64,000 nucleotides of DNA from NCBI GenBank assembly GCA_038087875.1, contig JAXLNO010000627.1:124001-188000 (forward strand), read 5' to 3'. The stretch is from Malacoraja senta (taxonomy: Eukaryota). Of this stretch, positions 1-12,909 are shown piece after piece. Numbering within the stretch: position 1 is the stretch's first letter; each line of letters begins with the position of its first letter. The translations under genes were made by a program, and so were the position numbers. The notes beneath the pieces are model-generated. The model did not search any database. It was not told where the DNA came from and saw nothing but the letters and a program-made list of their open reading frames with translations.

Positions 1-71
1 GAGAGGTACAGAGATACAGCAAGAGAGGGAGAGGGGGGAGAGAGAGAGGGGAGGGGAGAGAGAGAGAGGAG

Positions 72-2300
72 CTAGTAGGTTGGTCTTCTCGCCTGTCAGT
101 CACCATGAAGGTAATGCCCCTTCCGGCACCCACTGGAGATAAAAACCCGGAAGCAGGGCTGGGTCCACAAGTGCTGATTGAGTCCGCAAGTGTGGAGTCG
201 GGAAAGTCACTGTGTCGAGTCGGGAGGTGCTGTGTGGTGCCGCGGCCGGTGGCCGCTGAGAGGAATCCCACACCACCCCTTCCCTCTTCCCCCCCTCCTC
301 CACCCCACACCACCCCCCTACCCACACCAACCCAACCCCCACCCCCAATACCACCCCACGCCCCACGACACCCTCCACACCACACACACCACCCCTCCAC
401 ACCACCCCCTCCCTACCAGCCCACCGCCTCCACAGCCCACCACCCCCTTCCCCCATGTCAACCCCTCCCACCTCACCCCCCACACCAACACAACCCCCAC
501 CTCCCCCACACACCACCTCCCCCACACCACCCCCTCCCCACCACGCCACTCTCCCCCGCCATGCCACTCCTCCCCAAGCCAAGCCCACACCCCACGCCAC
601 CCTGCCCACACACACCACCTCCCCCACCACCATAAGCCCCCCACCATCATAACCCCCCCGACCACCTCCACACCACACTATCCCCCCACCACCCACCTCC
701 CCGACACCACGCCACTCCTCCACCCCCCGCACACCACCCCCCCAAACCACCACCGCACCACCCACTCCCCCCCTCCACCGCCCCACCCATTTCCTCCTCA
801 TACCACCCCATTTCCCCCACACCATCCTCCCACCCCTACGCCACCCCACCCCCACCACCCCACCACCACAGCCCACCCATCCTCCACGCATGCCACTCCG
901 TTTCCCCATGCCACCCCCCACATTACCCCAAACCCTCTACCCCACCTCAACCCAACCCCCACCTGCCCCCATACCACCGCTCTCCCCACCCACACCATCC
1001 CTCCCCCCACCCCCTTCGCATGACCCCACACCACCTACCACATCCCTCCCCCCCACTCCACTCCGTCTCCCCCACACCACCCCCCCAAACTGCACCACCC
1101 CCCCACCATCCCCACCCCCTGCCCCCACCTCCCCCACACCACTCCCCACCACCCCACCCCCCCTACACCACATCACCCCAACCCCCCCACACCACCCTAT
1201 CTCCCCCACATCACCCCTCCCCCCCACACCGTCCCTCGCACCCTACGCCACCCCACCCCCCACACACACCATTCCTCCCCCCCACGCCACCTTCTCCGCC
1301 ACCCCACCCCCCCACGCCAACCCCTTCCCCGCCCCACGACATCACTCTGCCCCCACACCACCCCACACCCACACCTCCCCAACCCCACCGCCCCCACACC
1401 ATCCCTCCCCCAACACCCCACACCATCCCCCCCACACCATCCCTCCCCCCAACGCAACACCCTTCCCCGCCCCACACACCACTCACTCCCCCCACACCAT
1501 CCCCTCCCTCTCCCCCAAACCACCCCTCGCCCCCCTCCCTCTCCCCCACCACCCCCTTCCCTGCCCCACGACACCACTCCATCCCACCCACACCACCCCC
1601 CACACATGACCCCATCCCCACACACCACGCCCCACCGCCTCTCCACACCGCCTCCCCAGCCCACCCCCTCCCCAGCCCCCACACCACACCCCGCCCTCTC
1701 CCTCTCCCCCACGCTACCCTCCCCCCATGCCACCCCTCCCCGCCCCACGACATCACCCCAACCCCCCCACACCTCGCCCCCTCCCTCCTCCCTATGCCAC
1801 CCCCTCCCCCAAAGCCAACCCCTCCCCCCAAGCCAACCACTTCCCACCCCTCATCCCAAAACCACCCCAACCCCCCCACCACCCCAACCCCCACACCACA
1901 GCCCCCCCACGTCAACCCCTTCCCCGCCCCATGACACCGCAGCCCCCCTCAGGCCACCTCCCGCCCACGCCACTCTCTCCCCACACCACCCCCCTCCCAT
2001 GCCACCCCCTTTCCCACCTCACACCACACAAACCCACCCACACCACCCCACCCCCTCCTCACACCACACCCACCCACACACCACCCCACCCCCCACACCA
2101 CTCCAACCCGCACACCACCCCCTCCCCCCCACACCACCACCTCCCCACCCTCTCCCCCCATCACCCCCGCCCCACTACACCACCCCACCTCCCCCCAAGC
2201 CAATCCCTCCACCCCCACGCAACCCCCTTGACATCACCCCGCTCCCACACAACCCCACCCGACCCCCCCCCCCCCCACACCACCTTCCGCCCCCTCCACC
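72..2300 (+). mobile_element. Helitron-derived fragment, copy 1 (both termini missing) with ~2 kb C/A-rich low-complexity interior
   Basis: 72-265 (agtaggttggtcttctcgcctgtcagtcaccatgaagg...) matches ~3702-3870 and ~10151-10300, which lie inside the Helitron-like element. It is followed by a nearly G-free C/A tract. Confidence 0.65.
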
Positions 2301-2302
2301 CA

Positions 2303-3880
2303 CATTAAATACTCTGTCTCGTGGCTTCCCAGTCTTCCTAGTACTGCCAGCCTTGTTATTCACTCTAAAAGGAACAGGGATGTCTTACACTCTCAGTTTC
2401 ACCCATAAAGATCTTCTACCTGCCAGACATTCCTTTGTCACAAACATACAACAGCACAGCAACGTAGTGCAGGAATGGGCCCTCCATCCCACAACATCCA
2501 TGACGAACATAATACCAAACTGAAACTAATCTCGTCTTCATACACGTGATCCATATCACTTCATTCTCTTATCCGTGTATCGATAAAAAAAACTCTTAAA
2601 CGTCATCATCGTATCTGTCTCCAACACCACCCATGGCAACACATACCAGGCACCCACCACTCTCTGTGTAACAACTCGCTCCAGTCAGAGTTTGCAGGCT
2701 CCTGTCCAATACCATTGAAGTTCGCCTTGCCTCAAATTCTAACTTTAACGTGAGGATCAGTTCTGACCTTTTCCATAACTATGTAAAATCTAATATAACT
2801 ATGGTCACTGGCCCTAAAGCGCTCTCCAACTGACATCTCAGTCACTTGCATGGTCCCGTTTTCAAAGAGTTAAGGGCCTGTCCCACGAGCGCGATCTAAC
2901 GTGGTCGCTTGAGCAGTACGGCCTCGCGGGGCTGGTCCCACTTCGATCGCCGGAGCCGTATGGAGTTGTGCGGAGCTGGTCCCGACATCTCGCGGGGCTC
3001 CGAAAAACTGACACTGTTCAAAAATTCCGCGCGGCAACGGCCTGCAGCCGCATTGAGGCCGTACGGGCGTGCGCAGCATCTCGACGCCATACTTCGCTCG
3101 AACTTCACGTCACTCACTCGACCTCCGCGCGGCCCCCGCTTCCGGTTGGTCGTGCTCGCCGCATGCAGTCGCATACTGGTGGGACCGGCCCTGTACGGGG
3201 ATCACTCAACCTCTGCGCGGCCCCCGCTTCCGGTTTGGTCGCGCTTGCCGCATGCAGTCGCATGCTAGTGGGACAGGCCCTTTAGTCAAACTTTGATCTA
3301 TGTTTATATATCAACTGAAGGACATTTTCTGAACACAGAGCAAATTCCACTCCATTTAGCCCTTAGAACGTTGACTCTGTTAGGGGGAGGAGAGTGTTGG
3401 CAGATGGAAATTGGCTATTTCTGCGGTCGAGGAAGAAGCAGAGGGCTTTAAGACCTTCCTGCTGGGGGATGGAGGTGTATAGTGACTGAACATCTATTAT
3501 CTTCTATACTATTACTAAATCTCTCATCTTGACCACTTCCGGTTTGCTTTTTTTGTTAAATTGCGCAAAAACGGTACCCTTTATCGCTAGGATTTTATCG
3601 CCACCTCACTCTCCGTTCTCCTCTTCTCCAAGTGCACCAAATTTTGTTCCGAATGGTGCAATTATACAAACGTTATGAAGGTTTTAAAAAATCATGAGAT
3701 CAGTAGGTTGGTCTTCTCGCCTTTCAGTCACCATGAAGGTAACGCCCCTTCCAGCACCCACAGGAGAATAAAGTCCCAGAGGCGGGGCTGGGTCCACAAG
3801 TGCTGATTGAGTCCGCAAGTGTGGAGTCGGGAGGTGCTGTGTGGTGCCGCGGCCGGTGGCCGCTGAGTGGGGACCCACCC
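2303..3880 (+). repeat. Local segmental duplication, copy A (paralog of 9174-10310)
   Basis: Colinear high similarity from cattaaatactctgtct...gtactgccagccttgttatt through the Helitron 5' end. Differs mainly by the MITE at 2873-3281. Confidence 0.9.
2873..3281. mobile_element. PIF/Harbinger-type MITE
   Basis: 14-bp TIRs agggcctgtcccac / gtgggacaggccct; 3-bp TTA target duplication (2870-2872, 3282-3284); absent from the paralogous site near 9745; the right end is internally duplicated (~3111-3192 and ~3202-3281). Confidence 0.85.
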
Positions 3881-4770
3881 CCCCTTCCCCCATTCCCCTC
3901 AACCCCTCCTCCACACCAAACCCCCACACCGCTCCACCAACCCACACCCCACCCCACCACCTCAACCCCCCCACACTACCCCACCCCTCACACCACCAAC
4001 CCCCATACAAATCCCCAACCCCTCCCCTGCCCCCCACACTACACCCCACCACTCCACCTCACCCCCACCCGAACCCAACCTCCACCTCCCCCACACCACC
4101 CCACCCCCTGCCCCCACACCATGACACTCCACCCCCACCCCACCCCCACAACCCTCCCCGCCCACAAGCCCGCCCGCCCACACCCCTCTTCCCCATCCCC
4201 CACACGCCCTCCTTCACACACACCACGCTGCCCCCCTCCCCCACAACCCCCTCCCCACAACCCCCTCCCCCACACATCTCTCCCACACACCTCTCCCACA
4301 CACCCCTCCACCACACCCCTCCCCCACACAACCCCCCGTCCCCACACCTCCCCTTCCCCCACACTCCCCCCCCCTCCGCACACAACCCCCCCTCCCCACA
4401 CAACCCCCCCCTCCCCACACAACCCCCACCCTCACCACACAACCCCATCCTCACCACACAACCCCCACCACACAACCCCCACCCTCACCACATCCCCCTC
4501 CCCACATACACCCCTCCCCACATCCCTCTCCCCTACACATCCCCCACGCTCCCCCAAACCCACCCTCCCCCACACCCCCTCCCCACACATCCCCCCCCAC
4601 ATCCCCCTCCCCACACATACCCTTACCCCACACACACCCTTCCCCACACCACCCCCCAGACCCCCCTTCCCCCACACCCCCTCCCCCCCACACACACCCC
4701 CTCCCCCACACACACACCCTCTCCCCGCACCCCCTCCCCACATGCCCCCCCAACCCCATACCCCCCCTCC
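3493..4770 (+). mobile_element. Helitron-derived fragment, copy 2 (5' end intact, 3' truncated)
   Basis: Begins A|TCTATTATCTTCTATACTATTACTAAA as at 9954; ~0.9 kb C-rich tract; no 3' hairpin/CTAG. Confidence 0.7.
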
Positions 4771-5137
4771 GATTGCGATTATCGTCATGGCATCCACATC
4801 TACATCCACAGCTCACTGACTGAATGATACAGATGTCCTGACCGAAAATCACACCCTTCCGATCAATTATTTTAGGATAAGCCTTTCTAGAGAGCATGCT
4901 AATTTTTGCTTCGCCCATTTTCAAAATATAGAATTTTGAATTTGGCATTTGATTGGTACAAGGAGACTACAAAGCTCGTAATATCAAGTTTTACACACTG
5001 TAACTTTCTACATTTCGACTTTTGGGTATGTATGTGGAAATTATGGCTCATGGAATTTTCTCCCACATTACTAGTTATATTCGTAACAACATATTTAAAT
5101 ACGTGAAATTTTCGATCTTTCCCAACCCCTTAAAAAA

Positions 5138-5625
5138 TATCTGAAGAAGGGACCCGTCCCTAAACGTCGCCTAACCATTCCCTCCATAGATAGACACAAA
5201 ATGCTGGAGTAACTCAGCGGGTCAGGCAGCATCTCTGGAGAGAAGGAATAGGTGACGTTTTGGGTCGGACCCTCCATAGATCCAGCCTGACCAGCTGAAT
5301 TTGGATCAGAAAATTGGGTCAGAAAATTACAAGCATTAATAGAACATAAATGATTATCGAGCATTTATATCCCTTTGAAAAAATTGGTTCAGAGTTACAT
5401 ATAAATAAAAGTGTTCTTCAATACCGTGCTAAAACTGAAGGAAACTGAATAGACTCATAGCAAAGATAGACACAAAAAGCAGGAGTGGCTCAGCAGATCA
5501 GACAGCGTCTCTGGAGAAGAGGATGTGGTGACGTTTCAGGTCGCGATCTTCTCTCCAGAGATGCAATCTGTCCCGCTGAGTTACTCCAGATTTTGTGTGT
5601 CTATATTCAGTCTATAACCAGCATC
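5138..5625. repeat. Penelope terminal-repeat (pLTR) fragments in both orientations
   Basis: Blocks such as atgctggagtaactcagcgggtcaggcagcatctctggagagaagg match the 3' terminal region of the Penelope element at ~16465-16595. Confidence 0.65.
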
Positions 5626-5704
5626 TGCATTCCCTTCCTACACATAGATTCACAGCAACTTGTTTCAGCAACTTTTTCAGCACTTTAAAGTTTTGCATAT
5701 AGTT

Positions 5705-5785
5705 TGGGCGGCACAGTGGTGCTACGGTAGAGTTGCTGTCTTGCAGCACTAGAGACCTGGATTCGATCCTGACTAGGTTTGCTGT
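5705..5785 (+). mobile_element. tRNA-derived SINE head (HE1-like)
   Basis: ggcggcacagtggtgctacggtagagttgctg...ggattcgatcct shows Pol III A/B-box-like motifs; same family as 35546. Confidence 0.75.
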
Positions 5786-6000
5786 TGCTGGAGTAACTCA
5801 GCGGGACAGGCAGCGACTCTGGAGAGAAGGAATAGGTGACGTTTCGGGTCGAGACCCTTCTTCAGACTGAACTGAACTCTCGGAGTGGAGTACTTGTGAT
5901 TGTCTGAAGAAGGGTCTCGACCCGAAACGTCACCCATTCCTTTTCTCCAGAGATGCTGCCTGTCCTGTTGAGTTACTCCAGCAACAGCAAACCTAGTCAG
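5769..6000. repeat. Inverted repeat of Penelope pLTR with a hammerhead core on each strand
   Basis: Arms 5769-5867 and 5902-6000 are reverse complements around a ~34 bp loop. Confidence 0.85.
5898..5936 (+). ncRNA. Minimal hammerhead ribozyme motif (Penelope-associated)
   Basis: CTGAAGA (5904-5910), helix II GGGTC-TC-GACCC, then GAAAC-GTC: canonical CUGANGA/GAAA core and GUC cleavage triplet. Helix I pairing is weak and activity is untested. Confidence 0.65.
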
Positions 6001-6274
6001 AGAGATGCAGAGAGATACAGCAAGAGAGGGAGAGGGGGGAGAGAGAGAGGGGAGGGGAGGGGAGAGAGAGAGAGAGAGATAGAGATAGAGAGCGAGAAAG
6101 AACGAGATAAAGAGAGATTCCAGCCTCTTAACCCCAAGCACAGTGGCAGATCAACGCTTCCAAAAATAATCATCCAGATCTTGAAATTTAAAATACTAAT
6201 AGATTTAATTTTTAATTTTGCTATCATTTTTAGAGGTAGAGTATGACTTTTTATATCCATGCATTTTTTAAGCA

Positions 6275-6426
6275 GCAAGATCTTGTCAATTTCACCGGGT
6301 TATTACATTTCCATTGGCGAGTGGTATGTTAATGAAACAGGAAGTCGTTATGCTCCATTACATACTACACCTCAGTGCATTGGATTAAGCAGGAGTGGAG
6401 TATCTTGCTCCGCTCTATGATCTTTG
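6275..6426. mobile_element. Right end of a CAAAGAT-TIR MITE (related to 17806-18171)
   Basis: Ends tatcttgctccgctctatgatctttg, similar to the reverse complement of caaagatactagaggagcaagatag. Confidence 0.5.
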
Positions 6427-6559
6427 CTGTCAACTACCCGCGCACGAACACTGTCACGTGACAGGGTTCTGGCCTCTGACGAGGGTTCTGTAATACGCGG
6501 TTTAGCCACTGGGTGCCGCTACATGATGTTATTAAAAGTAATACAATAAAAACACAAAG

Positions 6560-9500
6560 TAAATGCTGTGTAAATCCTTGCTGATCAAGGCGACCACTGG
6601 AAATAGACTGCAGATGACAAAACCTTCTGGTGCTGCTGACAGTGAGGAGGGTTGTCTTGTTTTACAGGATGATGGTGATTAGTTGGTAAAATTGTCAGAG
6701 CAATGGCGATGGAACGCAATCCTGATAAATCCTGTGTGTGCCCTGCCTTTTGGTTCTTCCTGACTGAGCTGATTCACTGAGGGAGGATCAATAACAGAGG
6801 GACGTACCTTTGGGCCTGACATACATGAGAATCACCCACACACCCACCACCAACCTTTGGGAGGTTGAATGTAAGGGAGTATGCAGTCATGATAGGTCCC
6901 TTAACAGAGGGATCTTGGAGTTCAAGTTCATAGCTCGCTGAATGTGACAGAACAAGTAGATAGGGTGGTAAAGATCGCGTATGATATGCTTGCCTTTTTT
7001 GCTAGTGGCATTGAGTAGAAAAGTCAGAAAGTTATGATGACAATAGACAACAGGTGCAGGAGTAGGCCATTCGGCCCTTCGAGCCAGCACCGCCATTCAC
7101 TGTGATCATGGCTGATCATCCACATTCAGTACCCCGTTCCTGCCTTCCCACCATTATCCCCTGACTCCGCTATATTTAAGAGCTCTAACTCTCTCTTGAA
7201 AGCATCCAGAGAATTGGCCTCCACTGCCTTCTGAGGCAGAGAATTCTACAGATTCACAACTCTCTGGGTGAAAAAGTTTTTCTATAGGACTTTGGTTAAG
7301 CCTCATTTGAAGTATTGCATGTAGTAGAGATCTCCCCATTACAGGAAGGATGTGGGGGCTTTGAAGAGGGTGCATAGAAGGTTTACTATCATGCTGCCTG
7401 GATTAAAGTGGTAGTACTGGGAGATGTTGCAGTGCTGGGAGAGGTTGGATAAACTTTGGACAAGTTTTTCTGGAATGCCTGAGGTTGTGGGAAGACTTGA
7501 TAGAAGTATATATAGTTATGAGAGGCAAAGGTAGGTTAGACAGTCAGAACCTTTTTCGCAAGATGGAAGTGTCCAACACTGGATTGCATAGGTATAAGGT
7601 GAGAGGGGAAAGCGTAATGAAGATATTTCCAGGCAATTTTTTTTACACAGAGTAGCGGGGCCTGGAACGTATTGGCTGGGATGATGGTGGAAGCAGATAC
7701 GATAGTGGCATTCAAGAAGCTTTTAGATCGGCACATATGGAAGGGCATGGAATAGCGGGATATGGATCATATTGAGGCAGAAGAGATCAGTTTAACTTGG
7801 CATTTTGCTCGGCATACGAATTGTGGGCCGAAGGGCCCGTTCTTGTGCAGTACTGTTCTTTGTTCTGTACACTGGTGGAGCTAAAGTGTGCAAAGTTTGT
7901 ATCCATGTTTAGTTCTGTCCACAACTGATACTTGCAGAATTAGGTAATTGAATCATACAGCATAGAAACAGGCCGCTCGGCCAAACTCATCCATGGTGAC
8001 CAAGTGGAGCATCACCAACGCCTTGTACTACTGCAACATGCCATCCAAATTCTGTATACACTGTACTTACAAGCATGCCAAGAGCTGCCCACGTATGATG
8101 CCACGTTCAGGGAACTATGTTCATATTCCAAGGTCCCTCTGCTCTACAATATTTGCCCGTTCCAACCATTAATTTGGAAAATCCTATCCTGGTTTGACTT
8201 TCCTAAATGCAATACCTCATACTTGCCTGGATTCCATTTGCTTTTCCTCTGCTAAACTTACCCAGTTGATCAAGATCCCACTGCAATTCATGGCAAACTT
8301 TTTGCTGTCTACAATATCTTCTATTTTATTGTAATCTGCAAACTTACTGACCATGTCTAATACATTGCCAGCTAACATGGACCCAATACGGATTTCTGAA
8401 ATACACTGGTCATGGGCCACCAGTCGGAAAACCATTTTTCCACCATCACTCTCTGCTACCTTATATTGTCTGTTAAATATCTCATTAGTATCCACTACCT
8501 CAAACCCATGCCATCAAACCTTTCAGAATAATCTTCCACGCAGCATCTTATTAAATGCCTTGCTGAAGCCCATATAGACTATGTACACTACCCAACCATT
8601 ATTGTCCTTTCTTACAGCTTCAGAAACCAATTCAAGTTTGTGGAACATGATCTCCCACACATTAAAGCTGTGCTTGCTGTCAGTATTCAACCCCTGTCTT
8701 TTCAAATGCAAGTATTTTCTTAACCCAAAGAATCTCTGAAGTAACTTACCTACCACAGATTAGTCAGCTTTCTGATTCATAGTTTCCACATTTTTCTTTG
8801 TACCCAAACTTAAATAAAGGAACAACATCAGCCATCTACCATCTTGCTGCACCTCACTCTGGCTAACAACAATGCTTTTCTCTCCGACTTCCCTCTGTGC
8901 TCCTCCGGCTTCCCTCTGTGCTTTGCATGTACCAGATCAGGCCCCGGAGATCTATCTACCTTCATGTATGACAACCAGCATCTCTGATCCAATGCGGACT
9001 AACGCCAAAACATCACTGTTAACTTTTGCCAATTCCCTAGCCTTCATGACTTTCTCCATGGTAAAGCAGCCAAAATATTCAATGAGGGCCTCTCACAGGA
9101 GATCTACGGCTCTACACATAAATGTCTGTGTAGCACTTTGAGGTCCACTATACTCTCTCTTTCCCGTTTCCCCATTAAATACTCTGTCTAGTGTCATCCA
9201 GGACTTCCTAGTACTGCCAGCCTTGTTATTCATTCTAAAAGGAACAGGGATGTCTTAAACTCTCACTGTTTCACCCATAAAGACCGTCTACCTGCCAGAC
9301 ATTCCTTTGTCACAAACATACAACAGAAGCACAGCAACGTAGCGCAGGAATGGGCCCTCCAGCCCACAACATCCATGACGAACATAATACCAAACTGAAA
9401 CTAATCTCGTCTTCATACACGTGATCCATATCACTTCATTCTCTTATTCGTGTATCGATATGAAAACCTCTTAAACATCATCATCGTATCTGTCTCCAAC

Positions 9501-9900
9501 ACCACCCATGGCAACACATACCAGGCACCCACCACTCTCTGTGTAACAACTCACTCCAATAAGAGTTTGCAGGCTCCTGTCCAATACCATTGAAGTTCGC
9601 CTTGCCTCAAATTCTAACTTTAACGTGAGGATCAGTTCTGTCCTTTTCCATAACTATGTAAAATCTAATATAACTATGGTCACTGGTCCTAAAGCGCTCT
9701 CCAACTGACATCTCAGTCACTTGCCCGCTCCCGTTTACAAGAGTCAATCAAACTTTGATCTAACTTTATATATCAACTGAAGGACATTTTCTGAACACAG
9801 AGCAAATTCCACTCCATTTAAGCCCTTAGAGCTTTGACTGTTAGGGGGAGGAGAGTGTTGGCAGATGGAAATTGGCTATTTCTGCAATCGAGGAAGAAGC
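6560..9900. mobile_element. Cluster of decayed CR1/HER1 LINE fragments (both strands)
   Basis: Minus-strand RT remnants (SKFADYNKI, YMGFSKAFNKM at 8217-8756), endonuclease remnants near 9640-9730, CR1 3' ends near 7044 and 7860. Confidence 0.75.
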
Positions 9901-10310
9901 AGAGGGCTTTAAGACCTTCCTGCTGGGGAATGCCTGTGTCTAGTGACTGAACATCTATTATCTTCTATACTATTACTAAAACTTTCATCTTGACCACTTC
10001 CGGTTTGCATTTTTTTTTTAATTTGCGCAAAAATGGTACCCTTTATCACCAGGAATTTTTCGCCACCTTACTCTCCTCCAAGCGCACCAAGTTTTGTTCC
10101 GAATGATGGAATTATACAAAAGTTATGAAGGTTTAAAAAATTGTGAGATCAGCAGGTTGGTCTTCTCGCCTGTCAGTCACCATGAAGGTAACGCCCCTTC
10201 CGGCACCCACTGGAGAATAAAACCCCGGAGGCGGAGTTGGGTCCACAAGTGCTGATTGAGGCCTCAAGAGTAGAGTCAGGAAAGCCGCTGTGTGGAGTCC
10301 CATCCCTCCA
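9174..10310 (+). repeat. Local segmental duplication, copy B (paralog of 2303-3880; empty MITE site)
   Basis: Colinear with copy A; aagagtcaatcaaactttg at ~9739-9757 is the empty Harbinger site. Confidence 0.9.
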
Positions 10311-11874
10311 CACTACCCCTTCCCTGCACCCCATCCCCCCACACTGCCCACCCCACCCCTCCCACACCACCCTACCCCCCACACGCCACTCCCTCCCCTC
10401 CACGCCACCCCTCCCCCCACACCACTCTGTTCACCACCCTTCTGCTCGCCACCCTCTCACCCCACGCCACCCTCTCCGCCCCACGCCACCCCTCCGTCCA
10501 CACGCCAACCCCCTCCCCCCTCACACCAACCCCTCCCCCTCACGCCAACCCCTCCCCCCCATCCTATGACACCTCCAATATCCCCCTCACCACACTCCCC
10601 CACCTGACACCCTCCTCCCTCACATTCCCTCACACCCCCTCCCCCAAACCCCCCTTCCACACCCCCTCCCCCACAATCCCCTCTCCCCCACAACCCCACC
10701 ACACACACTCCCTCCCTCACATAACGCACCCTCCCCCACACCCCCCTCCCGCCAAACGGAAAGCGGAGAATGTGATCCCGGCGGAGAACGACCGGCGACC
10801 GCTGTGAGTCACCATCGCACCGTCAGCTCCAGCCCCTCCGCTCCTGCCCCCCTCCCCCTCCCCGCGATAACCCCCTCTCCCCCACAACCCGCTCCACCTC
10901 CCACACACCCCCTCCCCCCACGCCCATACCCCCATCCCCCACCAAACACCCCCCTAACAAACCCCTGTCCCCGCCCCGCACACACTCCCGCCCACACACC
11001 CCTTCCCCCCCGCCCCATCCTACCAAAACACCCCCCCACACCCCCCTCCCCCAAACACACCCCCCCCTAAACACCCCCCAACATACCCCCTTTCCCCCCC
11101 AACTCCCCCGGCCCCAGCTGCAAGATGCTCCGCACCGGACCCCGCCTAAAGCCGGATGCCCACAGCAGCGGTAGGCCACGGCAGCAGAAGGCCACGGCAG
11201 CGGTAGACTACTCCACCTCCCACACACCCCCTCCCCAGCTGCAGGACGCCGACCCCACCGGCCCCCGAATGAAGCCGCGTCCCTCCGCCGGCTGCAGGAC
11301 GCTCCCCCCACCGGCCCCCAACAGCCCCCGCCTGAAACCGTCCCCCGCCCCCGGCTGCAGAATGCAACAAGAGACCCAACAAGAAAGAATGGACTCAATA
11401 AATCTCATCTTAAACGTTTAAATTGTTGTTATATTTTAAGTTATTCACATATTAAGCTTTAATAAATCCCTTTTCCACTTGCCGTGCCATCAGCTGCGCC
11501 TGCGGAGTAATACCTGCCTGTTCTGTGTCACATTGAGAATCCAATGGGCGGGAATGGCTGCGCCACCGGAGAACCGCTTAGAGTGGATGGAGGGGGGGGT
11601 TGAGGGGGGATGGAGTGAGAGCGTGGGGGGGGGGGAGGGCAAGAGGCAGAATGGGGGGGGTTGAGGGGAGGAGGGGGGATCAGGGACGTCACAACGGATA
11701 CCCGTCAGCCGCGCCTGCGCAGTTAGGGTCTATGGGTGAGTGGTGGAATATTGCATTGGGGGATCGGGTTGCATTGGGGGAACGGGTGAGTGGTGGAATA
11801 TTGCGTTGGGGAATGGGTTGCGATGGGGGACCAGGCCTGTATGACTGGAACCCAACGGGTCCCACTTAGTCTAG
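9954..11874 (+). mobile_element. Complete non-autonomous Helitron
   Basis: 5' A|TC start (9954; alternative 9961); 3' hairpin ggaaccc-aac-gggtccc (11847-11863) shortly before CTAG (11871-11874) followed by T; no TSD; no Rep/Hel ORF. Confidence 0.8.
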
Positions 11875-11879
11875 TCCAT

Positions 11880-12655
11880 ATTAAAGATGAAGGAGGTATG
11901 TGGAGATTAATTCAGTGGGACAGAAGCAAGCAGAAACAATGGGCCCGCCAGGGCAGTTTTGTTTAGAGGGCAGACATCCGAAAGTGATCGTCAGGCGTCT
12001 GAGAGCTGTGAATACAGAGTATTAGGCAAAAGACAGTGTTTCAACAACGGGAGTAATTTCCACATTTCTCCCTGTGTCATTCACTGGTGAGGTTAGGAAT
12101 ATGAGGATGGATGGACTCGTTTCTGAGAAGTGGGTGCTGGGGGCAGGGATTAGGATTTTTTTGGATCATTACGTTATTTTAGGGGCAGTGAATGCCCGTA
12201 CAAGGGGTATGGAGTGCACATGCACAGGAGTGGGAAGAATATCCCTGGTGGATGGTTTGCAATTGTTACCCGCGCACATTGAAATTGGCGTGACAGGGAA
12301 AGGTATCCAATGCTGTAATGAGGATGCTGCGAAGTCAGTACAGAAGTCAACAGATAAAGTTCGGTAGGCTGGACAGGCAGCGGCACTGCAGAGAGATCGG
12401 AAACGGGATTGGGTTAACTTGTATTGATGTCTATATTAAAAGTCGGACAGGTCAGGCAGAAGAACTCAGGGCGTGTGTACACGCTATGACTTGTACGTCA
12501 CAGTCATTCCTGAAACCAGATTTAAAAGAGAGACAGAGACGGCAAATTAATGTTGCAGGCTATAGATGCGACGGGCGCGATAGAGGTGGCCGTAAAAGCG
12601 AAGGGGGGGGGGGGGGGGGGTTGGTTCAATAATTCAGGAGAATATCCGAGATTGT
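11880..12655 (+). mobile_element. Decayed CR1 ORF1/endonuclease region
   Basis: Degenerate similarity to 47650-48250 (fldh.., nvagyrc..rdrgg..ggg motif). Confidence 0.55.
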
Positions 12656-12909
12656 AAAAAGGTTGTTTCGTCCAATGAGGCTACATGGGGAGAACCGCGA
12701 AACAAGAAGGAAACAAGAACACCTTGTCGCCTCACCGGGCTGGCCGAACCGCGCCGCCCCACCAACCATTCGACCATCGGGACCTCCCACGCATCGCCCG
12801 CCGACCTCCGCGGACTCCACTACTCGCGGACTCCTACCATCGATTCCACCGACCCTCGCCAGTCCACCGCCCTCCAGCAGCCCGCAGCCGTCGCCTTACC
12901 TGCATCCTG

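Noticed and set aside
100..4950. Many Pro/His/Thr-rich (+) and Gly/Val/Trp-rich (-) ORFs
   Set aside because: Artefacts of C/A-rich low-complexity DNA lacking stop codons; open in nearly all frames.
5705..5785. tRNA gene
   Set aside because: Matches the SINE head repeated several times in the window; no complete cloverleaf.
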